Source: a virus (Duplodnaviria; Caudoviricetes). Taken from it: a stretch of DNA of 32,395 nucleotides. This document shows, piece after piece, positions 25,179-32,395 of this stretch; the stretch's first letter is position 1; each line of letters opens with the position of its first letter. The notes under the pieces are model-generated. The model was not told the DNA's origin. It ran no database searches and saw nothing but the letters and a program-made list of their open reading frames with translations. The position numbers and the translations under genes are program-made. Location: IMG/VR virus record IMGVR_UViG_3300027772_000100, positions 1 through 32,395 of that record, one strand, 5' to 3'.

Positions 25179-26229
25179 GTAAATCTCTCGCTTGTTTATG
25201 TATGCTCGGTATCCGAGTAGAGTAATTATCTATATGTTGAATTATCTCTCTACATAGGTCCGGTCTATATACCGTGTATAAGTCAAAACTTTCAGTCCAC
25301 TTTGAAGGGTACTTAAAAGTATCAGAATACATTTCACTATAGCTAAGTCTATCAGGCACCATAGGAATAGCGTCTACTACTGCACCTTCGTAACAACTGA
25401 TGCCCAGTGTTTCTTGTAGGTTAGCACTGAACACTATTTTAGCTTCGCCTAGCAAATTATGATATTCATTCTTTGTTAGTTGTTGATCCTGACACACTAT
25501 AAACTCGTATTGTGGCAAATGTGTAGCTAAGTCACGGAATATGTCAACTTGCTTCTCCGGTGCAATGCGATGCGGGAAAAGAATAAGATCACGTTTAGGC
25601 ATATTTTTATATGGTAGCAATGTGTCGTGCATATACTCCATGGGCCAGCCAATGCGTACAATCTTTGGTTCTTCACCATTTAGAATTTCTTCTAAATGTT
25701 CACTATACCAAGGATTTTCTGTAGGATAATCATTTAGCAAATTTGTATAGAACATTTTGATATGAAAATCAGTAGCAAAGTAGTTATGATCAAATGCATG
25801 AAAGAAACTCTTCTCAGCATTCCTAACCCAAGGCTTGTTACCTACAAGACGTCCTAGGAAGTCTTGTGGATCATAACTACCAGCATGCCATAATCCGTGT
25901 GTAGTTACTGGAATGTTCAGCAACTCACTCATATACTTTAGATTAATGATACCTGGATGCCAAGCATCAGTAAACACAAAATGATCGCCGGGATTAACGG
26001 ATCCGTTGCAAAATAGCCGACCCATCTGCTCCACTTGACTAGCTTTGTATATATTAGTTCCGCCAAAGTTGAGAAATGCTCCAGGAGTGGTAGCACTAGG
26101 AATGTCCGTAGGACCTGATATAATGTTGACATGGTGTCCTGCCTTTCGTAAGAGGTTAGGTACATGAGTCTTCCACTGACCTGTGTACCTAGTTTCAACT
26201 GCTTCTAAATCGATTAGAAAAATTGTCAT
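25132..26229 (-). CDS. GT-B fold (GT4/Glycos_transf_1-like) glycosyltransferase
   Basis: 'ILFPHRIAPEKQ', 'SANLQETLGISCYEG' (Ex7E motif) and 'PDRLSYSE'. Confidence 0.75.
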   Translation of the reverse strand: MTIFLIDLEAVETRYTGQWKTHVPNLLRKAGHHVNIISGPTDIPSATTPGAFLNFGGTNIYKASQVEQMGRLFCNGSVNPGDHFVFTDAWHPGIINLKYMSELLNIPVTTHGLWHAGSYDPQDFLGRLVGNKPWVRNAEKSFFHAFDHNYFATDFHIKMFYTNLLNDYPTENPWYSEHLEEILNGEEPKIVRIGWPMEYMHDTLLPYKNMPKRDLILFPHRIAPEKQVDIFRDLATHLPQYEFIVCQDQQLTKNEYHNLLGEAKIVFSANLQETLGISCYEGAVVDAIPMVPDRLSYSEMYSDTFKYPSKWTESFDLYTVYRPDLCREIIQHIDNYSTRIPSIHKQARDLHERFFSATGLLNNIK

Positions 26230-26489
26230 TAATTAAAACGTGACTTATTAAAATTTCCACTACGATTAAATTCGCCTCGTGGTTTGCGAGTATTGTCCCA
26301 TGCTTTCTTAGGACGAAGACTCTTTTCAAAGTTCCGCCAAACCCAACTATCTCTGTTATAGAGATGACTTTCGTCGAACGGTGCTAACTCAATTCTACAA
26401 AAATCCTTAAATGCATCTAGATCGTCAAAGATCTTAACAACATCGGGACGGTTTTCGAAATAAGCGTAGTCTTTATAATTCTTAGCCAT
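26229..26489 (-). CDS. Hypothetical protein (86 aa)
   Basis: GAGG RBS; TAATG coupling to the glycosyltransferase. Confidence 0.7.
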   Translation of the reverse strand: MAKNYKDYAYFENRPDVVKIFDDLDAFKDFCRIELAPFDESHLYNRDSWVWRNFEKSLRPKKAWDNTRKPRGEFNRSGNFNKSRFN

Positions 26490-26501
26490 TGCAGCCTCTT
26501 A

Positions 26502-26897
26502 TTAGTATTTTATGAATGAACCATTTTCTCCGTCTTCGGAGACCTCAATCCAAACCTCACGGTTTGGATACTTTTGTGAAATAGTGTCATACAGTTCGTC
26601 TGACATCATTTCGCAACTTTTGTGATCTAGCGACAAAACACCTTGTGTCCTAGAATACAATTGTTCAAGCCACCGCTTGAACTGAATGAACTCCACGTCT
26701 CTATCATTGTGGGTGACAGATAGCCATACCCTAAAATGGAAGATATGACGATGAGGATTAGCAAGAAACGATACATCATATTGATCTCCTGTTGCTAGGT
26801 TAGGGTCTGTGGCCGCGGCCGGGTAACAATGGATTCCTTCTTTGCGAAAAGTAACCCATATCATTTTAAGTGGTCGAATGTCTTGTTTAATAATCAT
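26502..26897 (-). CDS. queD: QueD/6-pyruvoyl-tetrahydropterin synthase-like T-fold protein (divergent)
   Basis: Three-His layout 'EGIH...HRH.FHF.V', plus 'EFIQFK', 'SCEM.S..LY' and 'IEVSED'; about 130 aa; context with folE, queE and the TGT-fold gene. Confidence 0.65.
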   Translation of the reverse strand: MIIKQDIRPLKMIWVTFRKEGIHCYPAAATDPNLATGDQYDVSFLANPHRHIFHFRVWLSVTHNDRDVEFIQFKRWLEQLYSRTQGVLSLDHKSCEMMSDELYDTISQKYPNREVWIEVSEDGENGSFIKY

Positions 26898-27421
26898 AGT
26901 AAAATTTCATCGTTGCTGTATTCGTCCCAATTGGTAAAATACTTGCGTTGTGTTAATTCAGATAGCGGAATACACCACACACCTGGGTTAGTTGCTTCAA
27001 AGCCTTTGTCATCAATCTTAATAGTAGCGTTATAGCCTAATTGTTGCATATATGGTAATTTTACACTAATCTGCGGAATAAATCTACGGCTTTCGGTTAA
27101 ACTGCTTTCCAAAAGAGCCTCTGCCGCTTTTATGTCTAAGTCAAGTGTACACCAAAAATCTTCAGTTAAACACTCTTCAATCATTTCTTCCCAAGGACGC
27201 CAGGCATCTGCATCATTAACATCTGGGTTTGGAAAGCTCTGATTGGCACCAAAGTATAAATGAGTACACTCATTTTGTTTAGCCATGTTAGTTATAACTT
27301 GTGAATTATGAACACCTACTACAAATAGTGTCTTCATACCAAACGCCGGGGTGCGTTCAATCTCTTGTCCAATAAAGAATGTAATTCCTTCTTGAACACC
27401 GTCCTTGTAATCACGTTTCAT
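26894..27421 (-). CDS. Hypothetical protein (175 aa) coupled to the queD-like gene
   Basis: 'FF.G.EIE.TPA.G.KTLFVVG', 'HLYFGANQSF' and 'KIDD..F.ATNPGVW'; ATGA overlap. Confidence 0.75.
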   Translation of the reverse strand: MKRDYKDGVQEGITFFIGQEIERTPAFGMKTLFVVGVHNSQVITNMAKQNECTHLYFGANQSFPNPDVNDADAWRPWEEMIEECLTEDFWCTLDLDIKAAEALLESSLTESRRFIPQISVKLPYMQQLGYNATIKIDDKGFEATNPGVWCIPLSELTQRKYFTNWDEYSNDEILL

Positions 27422-27656
27422 TATTTTTACCTTCTTCGTATTTTTTAAACATTCGAGTTACCTCTTCCATTCGTTCAGCAAAAATATCTGGACTTGTTTG
27501 TGCAGTCTTACTCATATCGTACTCGCTAGGATAATGCCGTAACAATGATCGAGCTTCATCTTTAACGGCTTTAGGCACTCGAGGAGTAGTTAAGATTCTT
27601 AGCAAAAATCTTTGAGTCTGTACGACTGCTCGATATCTTTCATCAGGTAGTGTCAT
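27411..27656 (-). CDS. Hypothetical protein (81 aa)
   Basis: 'MTLPDERYRAV...TPRVPK.V...AR..LRHYP'; ATGA overlap with the TGT-fold gene. Confidence 0.7.
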   Translation of the reverse strand: MTLPDERYRAVVQTQRFLLRILTTPRVPKAVKDEARSLLRHYPSEYDMSKTAQTSPDIFAERMEEVTRMFKKYEEGKNNET

Positions 27657-29332
27657 TCAAATAAACTTTCAAATGTTGTAACAATAGGTTCTTCATTTTT
27701 TACAGGTTTCAAGTCACTGTAATCAACTCGGGGAATATCAAACTCATCCGCATAGGTGTGTGCATTAGTGAGCTTTTTACCTGTTGCACCGCGTGTACCG
27801 ATAATAGCTTCAAAGAATTTATGATACTTGTTAATAGCTTCAAGAGCTAATGTCCTATCATCAATAGCAAATATTTCATCTACTACGTCTTTAAATAGCT
27901 TGCCAGTGAGTCTTTGAATCAACATAGCGGGAGAAACACCCTTATCATATTGACGATTGGCTTCTTGTACAGCGTTAATATGCATCCATACATTATGCCC
28001 CATCATAATAGCGTAGCTAAAACTATCCCAACTAGTCTTGCCTTCTTTACTATTCTTATTTAGGTCGCCGGGAGCATAGATACAGATATCTTTCATTTGT
28101 ACTTGATCAATAATAGGACTAGATTCAAACTTGTCAAATATCTTGTCTTGTATTACTGCGTCTTTGAATAGCCTTGTGTCTTGTGCGTACTTTTTGTCGT
28201 CTGCACTAGCCTGCATACGGTAGACCCATTTTTCGTTATGCTCTGTTTCGGTGTTGATGTAAATTTGTCCGTTTGCTGTGGCAAGGAACGGACTGGCGCA
28301 ATCAAAAGAGATGGTAAAGTTTTCATTATGGTATTTCCTTACAGATCGTTGGATATCAGTTAATAAAGTTGCCCACTCTAACTTAGAGGTGCCCAGGAAG
28401 TGCATCCAATCATGTTGACCCTTTTCAAGGAGTCCGTCAAATCGCAATGCCACTAATCTTTTTAGAACTAATTCTACGTCACACATATTTTGTCCACCCA
28501 TGGCCCAGCCATTGAATGCTTTGTCGCCGTAGATCTTAGTATCGCAAAAATCTTTCATTTTGCTATACCAATCATCGGCTTGAGTATGTGTCTCACCTTG
28601 CAAGACGTTTAAGAATTTACAATTACCATTTCGATGCTTGATAAAATATTCGTTGTTATATTTTGTTGCATTAACTGCTTGATCATAACTTTCAATGCCA
28701 GTTGCTGCCTTGCCAACTTCGCTACGTTCCACCCACGCTGGAATATCAAGCACCATGCCGTAGTCCATTAAGGCATCCATCCAAGTCAATACTTGCTCAC
28801 GTTTTTTCTGTGCGGCTTCTAATTTAGCGGTGTAATCTTTAACATGGTCAAATTTAGTAAACTTTGGATTTCCGTTCTTATCTACTTTCTGTGTGCCACT
28901 AGCATCGAATACAGGTATCAATTCAATACCTTTGGCAATACATTCTTGTAGTTTAGCCAGCACTTCCGGACCATCCGGATCTTTCCATTCACCTGCCCAC
29001 ACACCTTTACCAATCTGGAAACCTCCTGAGTCACCTAACACCCAACTAGTGCTACGATCTCTTTTACGGAACATGTCTTCAGTTTCATCTGGCTTAGTTA
29101 GATCTAAGTTAGCATGTCCTGCTGAATATAAACAATGATCGAAGTAAAACATACCTTTATCAGGTTCTAGATAATTCAATCCTTCTACGCCGTTGGTAAA
29201 ACTAGCAGGCAACCGTGCAGGGTCTACATAATTGCCATATCGTTGTTTTCCGATAAACGTACTATAGAACCCCGATGTTGCTGGCAAGAAGTATGCGTAG
29301 TCGTTTTGTGTTGCTGTTAAGTTTTTATTCAT
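27653..29332 (-). CDS. Divergent TGT-fold guanine transglycosylase (DpdA-like DNA base-exchange enzyme candidate)
   Basis: TGT barrel motifs in order: 'LGDSGGFQ', 'MVLDIP', 'LNVLQG', 'GWAMGG', 'HFLG', 'SFDCASP' and late 'HN'. Located in a folE/queD/queE cluster beside replication genes. Confidence 0.75.
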   Translation of the reverse strand: MNKNLTATQNDYAYFLPATSGFYSTFIGKQRYGNYVDPARLPASFTNGVEGLNYLEPDKGMFYFDHCLYSAGHANLDLTKPDETEDMFRKRDRSTSWVLGDSGGFQIGKGVWAGEWKDPDGPEVLAKLQECIAKGIELIPVFDASGTQKVDKNGNPKFTKFDHVKDYTAKLEAAQKKREQVLTWMDALMDYGMVLDIPAWVERSEVGKAATGIESYDQAVNATKYNNEYFIKHRNGNCKFLNVLQGETHTQADDWYSKMKDFCDTKIYGDKAFNGWAMGGQNMCDVELVLKRLVALRFDGLLEKGQHDWMHFLGTSKLEWATLLTDIQRSVRKYHNENFTISFDCASPFLATANGQIYINTETEHNEKWVYRMQASADDKKYAQDTRLFKDAVIQDKIFDKFESSPIIDQVQMKDICIYAPGDLNKNSKEGKTSWDSFSYAIMMGHNVWMHINAVQEANRQYDKGVSPAMLIQRLTGKLFKDVVDEIFAIDDRTLALEAINKYHKFFEAIIGTRGATGKKLTNAHTYADEFDIPRVDYSDLKPVKNEEPIVTTFESLFE

Positions 29333-29596
29333 TTATATCCAACCACCGGCTCTAGCAATGCCAATTATACCAACTAAAATCCAAAAACTATTTAGTAATG
29401 TATAAGCTGGATCTTTTCTAATCTTAGCACAGTATGTTAATAATATAGCATCAATAGTATTAAAGATCCATACAAACATAAACGGACTTGCTGGCCCTAA
29501 CCACGATACTAAACTAAAACTAATGATACGCATGATTACCCCTATCATTTCCATTTGAGGAAGATGCGATTTAATATAATCTAGTATAAAGTTCAT
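29333..29596 (-). CDS. Small membrane protein (87 aa)
   Basis: About three hydrophobic segments; abuts the TGT-fold start. Confidence 0.65.
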   Translation of the reverse strand: MNFILDYIKSHLPQMEMIGVIMRIISFSLVSWLGPASPFMFVWIFNTIDAILLTYCAKIRKDPAYTLLNSFWILVGIIGIARAGGWI

Positions 29597-29598
29597 AA

Positions 29599-30330
29599 TT
29601 ATTTGCTCTGCGCTGGAAGAATATAGTTGTATTCTGCCAGCCCGGAATTAACTGTAATTTGCATGGCACCTGCATCACTGATACGTACAGTCTTGTCGCC
29701 TGCTAGTGCTAGGATACTCATAACCTGATTAACTGGCCATGCCCATTCTTGCTTTAGTTTGCCTGTAATACCTGCTTCAAAAACAAAACTACCGGCGTGT
29801 GTGCTTGCATCACCGAAGCTAAAAACTAAATCGTTGTTGTCTGTCTTAACTTGGAATACAGTTTCTTCACTGTGTGCTTGTGCTTGAAACTTTAACTTTT
29901 GAATACTAGTAACTTGTGGTTCGAATTCAATTTCCCACTTTGCACCTTTGAACTTAACTGATTTTAATTTTTCATTAATAATGTCAGTGTTCATAAAACG
30001 GTAATCGTTTTGGAAATCACCAGCGGCATTTTTAAAATGCAATCCTGTTGGGATTTCTTCGCCATTGCGTTGTGCCTTGACAACACTAATGTTTGCGCCT
30101 TCTTTGTATTCTGGGCACTTCAAGTGAATGTCTAATTTATTTAGATTAGGCATGCCAAAAATACCAACAAATTGATCAACTGGCGCAAGTGTTTTTGCGT
30201 TAACGATTACTGAACGATCTTCAGCCATTGCTTCAATCGATGTTTCTTCGTCAGTAGAACTGATCTTAACTAAAGGAATGCACCCCAGTGCGTGTGTATG
30301 TGCTACCAAGTCTTGTAAAATGTCTTTCAT
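29599..30330 (-). CDS. Putative DNA sliding clamp (gp45/PCNA-like)
   Basis: 243 aa with two alpha/beta repeats, ends 'YNYILPA', and lies two genes from the B-family polymerase. Inferred from size, pattern and context. Confidence 0.55.
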   Translation of the reverse strand: MKDILQDLVAHTHALGCIPLVKISSTDEETSIEAMAEDRSVIVNAKTLAPVDQFVGIFGMPNLNKLDIHLKCPEYKEGANISVVKAQRNGEEIPTGLHFKNAAGDFQNDYRFMNTDIINEKLKSVKFKGAKWEIEFEPQVTSIQKLKFQAQAHSEETVFQVKTDNNDLVFSFGDASTHAGSFVFEAGITGKLKQEWAWPVNQVMSILALAGDKTVRISDAGAMQITVNSGLAEYNYILPAQSK

Positions 30331-30350
30331 ATGATTCTCCGTGTTTAATG

Positions 30351-30379
30351 ATTATACTTAGATTTTTCTTAAAGGTCAA
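30351..30379 (-). promoter_or_regulatory. Sigma70-like promoter TTGACC-17bp-TATAAT upstream of the clamp/TGT-fold operon
   Basis: Minus strand reads TTGACC TTTAAGAAAAATCTAAG TATAAT; GGAG RBS. Confidence 0.75.
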
Positions 30380-31151
30380 GAACTTTTCTTACCTTTTTGT
30401 TATATTCAACAGCAGTTTCCAAAATATCTAATGGTGTATTTAGGCCGTTGGCATATTTTATAAAGGCTTGCGTATCTTTTGGAAAGCAATGCCCACCAAA
30501 ACCACGTTCGCCATCTACTCCAGGAACTAGGGTATGACTATTGCCAATCCTAGGATCATGTGTAATGATTTGTCTGATTATATCATAATCAGATCCATTT
30601 TGTTGGCATAGATCAAATATACTGTTAAAGAACGCAACCTTAGTGGCTAAGAATGAGTTAACAGTATATTTGATAGTTGCCGCTTCGATTGTACTGCATT
30701 TAAAATACATCTTGCATTTAGGCAATACTGGAATAAACAGTTCATGCCAGAACCCGTTTAAATCTTCCCCACCGAGTATTACAGACGTTTGATTAGCAAA
30801 ATCAAAATCAGCAGTTTTGGCACGTAAAAACTCTGGACTATATACAATTGAATGTTCTGAGTATGAGTTTTCTAATTCAACAAGTGTTGATGGTATGACT
30901 GTGCTTTTAATCAGCACAGGTATTGTCGTCGGTACTGAATCTAATACGCTGGCAATACTACTAACATCACAAACGCCATCTTCTGTAGTTGGAGTACCAA
31001 CACATATGATAATACCGTCAGCATCTGGATGGTGCGATATTTCAGTGTTGGTATATTTTGGATCAACAACGATACAATTATAATTTGATTTGAGAGTATT
31101 AAGTACAGCCTTACCAACAAATCCGTATCCTGCAATAATTATTTTTTTCAT
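30369..31151 (-). CDS. ugd: UDP-glucose/GDP-mannose 6-dehydrogenase family protein, short form (start MKKIIIAG at 31151)
   Basis: Rossmann 'IAGYGFVG', 'ICVGTP', 'IKSTVIP', 'YSPEFLR', 'KY..NSFLATKV.F.N' and catalytic 'GFGGHCFPKD'. Confidence 0.88.
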   Translation of the reverse strand: MKKIIIAGYGFVGKAVLNTLKSNYNCIVVDPKYTNTEISHHPDADGIIICVGTPTTEDGVCDVSSIASVLDSVPTTIPVLIKSTVIPSTLVELENSYSEHSIVYSPEFLRAKTADFDFANQTSVILGGEDLNGFWHELFIPVLPKCKMYFKCSTIEAATIKYTVNSFLATKVAFFNSIFDLCQQNGSDYDIIRQIITHDPRIGNSHTLVPGVDGERGFGGHCFPKDTQAFIKYANGLNTPLDILETAVEYNKKVRKVLDL

Positions 31152-31152
31152 A

Positions 31153-32394
31153 TTAGAACTCAAATAGGTTATTAAATGTATTTTTTTCTTCTGTACTAGT
31201 GATGTCCCAACGTAGCACACCGATCAAGTTGTCTAACTTGTTGTCAATAATAGTCTGTTCCATTTCTGCATGATCAAATGGTAAGTCTTTAAACCATTGT
31301 GGAAGACGTAGCTCATCTACAGGATATGCGACACTAGTAAAGCCCATTGGGTTTTGTTTGAGTTTACAAACAATAACCTTGGCACCATCTGTAACAGCCA
31401 TTGAATATTTGTCTCCCATCATACGCTTGAGTGTATTCCAGTTGATACTCGCTCGAACGTGCCCGGGCATGTTAGCTTTACCTGCTTTAACTTCTTTAGC
31501 TTGATACTCGGTAATTTTGTTAGCACGTTTAGGACTGCCTTTCTCCCAACCAGGGCGAGCCTTAAACAAACTTCTAAATTCGCTGATAGCATCTAATACT
31601 GATTGTTCTTCTTTACCAGTTAAGACCATTTCGAGAACGTCACTTAGAAAGTTTTGAATAAACTCCGGAGTATCACTGCGTTTTAGATCTAACCCCATGG
31701 CCTTGATTTTACCAGGTTTACCATCTACATCAGATCGTTTGCCTTCTTTATCGTAATACAAGACAGCATAGCGTTTCTTAGTAATGAACAATGCTTTTGA
31801 TCCAACGATTTCACGTCCTGCTTTGATAACTTCACCGCGCGATTTAGGACAGTGGAATGTGTCCAGCATAAACTGTGGGAATGTAGTATTAACCTCATCT
31901 GCAATTTGGTCATATAAGTTAATTACTGTTTCCTTAGTCCACGGAATATTGCCAGCATCGATGTCTTTCTGTAATGTCTTATATGCTGAAAAATAACATG
32001 AGTCTGTATCACCATAGATAATTGCCTTACCTCGGTAGTCATATTCTCCTGCTACAATTTCATTAACCTTGCCAGCCATGTGCTTAACAATTTGACGACC
32101 TGTCAATGTAGTCGATTGTCCAATACGCTTGTCAAAGAACCTACAACCAGCATTAAGAATAGCACCATACAAACTGTTCAAGTTAATCTTCTTAACTAGT
32201 TGGCGTTTGTCCCAATACTCTTCTTCAACTTTGTTACCAGCCGCAATACACTCTTTTAATTTGGCCTGCATCTCTTTACGTTCAGCATACCAACGTTTTA
32301 GCAAGCCGGGAATGATACCTTCTTTTTCATAAGTGAAGATTGTGCCATTAGCACTAAGCATCCAAGGTTGATTGCTTTCATAGATTAGTCTGTA
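31153..32394 (-). CDS. Family B DNA polymerase, C-terminal part (5' end outside the window)
   Basis: Motif B 'QLVKKINLNSLYG', motif C 'YGDTDS', 'KKRYA' and 'K.MGL..KRSD'. The frame is open to the window edge. Confidence 0.95.
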   Translation of the reverse strand, partial: YRLIYESNQPWMLSANGTIFTYEKEGIIPGLLKRWYAERKEMQAKLKECIAAGNKVEEEYWDKRQLVKKINLNSLYGAILNAGCRFFDKRIGQSTTLTGRQIVKHMAGKVNEIVAGEYDYRGKAIIYGDTDSCYFSAYKTLQKDIDAGNIPWTKETVINLYDQIADEVNTTFPQFMLDTFHCPKSRGEVIKAGREIVGSKALFITKKRYAVLYYDKEGKRSDVDGKPGKIKAMGLDLKRSDTPEFIQNFLSDVLEMVLTGKEEQSVLDAISEFRSLFKARPGWEKGSPKRANKITEYQAKEVKAGKANMPGHVRASINWNTLKRMMGDKYSMAVTDGAKVIVCKLKQNPMGFTSVAYPVDELRLPQWFKDLPFDHAEMEQTIIDNKLDNLIGVLRWDITSTEEKNTFNNLFEF

Positions 32395-32395
32395 T

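Noticed and set aside
27653-29332. Ordinary queuosine tRNA-guanine transglycosylase (host-like tgt)
   Set aside because: It is much longer, lacks the zinc Cys triad, has no queA/queF/queG nearby and sits among DNA replication genes. A tRNA substrate is less likely but not excluded.
31152-31220. N-terminal extension of the dehydrogenase ORF
   Set aside because: It overlaps the polymerase 3' end. The Rossmann motif begins directly after the ATG at 31151.
31153-32394. Intein or intron in the polymerase, thyX or other conserved genes
   Set aside because: Motif spacing is continuous, and no intein termini or homing-endonuclease motifs are seen in the visible portions.
1-32395. tRNA, rRNA, CRISPR array, IS element or alternative genetic code
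   Set aside because: Intergenic gaps are under about 80 bp and are explained by promoters or small ORFs. No repeat-spacer pattern or transposase motif is visible. Standard-code ORFs tile the window with all three stop codons in use.

Overview
An AT-rich, densely coding segment of a large lytic tailed bacteriophage with T4-like replication genes. I found no RNA genes, CRISPR arrays or mobile elements. Two convergent blocks meet at about 10.0 kb. The + strand block (1-10059) holds virion/fibre-type proteins followed by a four-gene glycosyltransferase-like cassette. The - strand block (10016-32395) runs from a family B DNA polymerase, a short UDP-glucose dehydrogenase and a clamp-like gene into an extended 7-deazaguanine cluster. 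That cluster has a divergent TGT/DpdA-fold protein, QueD-like, FolE and QueE genes, interleaved with a GT-B glycosyltransferase, a cupin, a purine phosphoribosyltransferase and a 2OG-Fe(II) oxygenase-like gene. It is followed by RNase H, a PD-(D/E)xK nuclease, a BI-1/YccA protein, a MoxR-VWA pair and ThyX. The best candidate for an undescribed system is a deazaguanine DNA hypermodification pathway, possibly glycosylating, with no QueC in this window. Several intergenic gaps hold near-perfect sigma70 promoters fused to hairpins, inverted repeats or a recurring TAAnTA motif. All protein calls come from motif recognition by eye; no database search was run.
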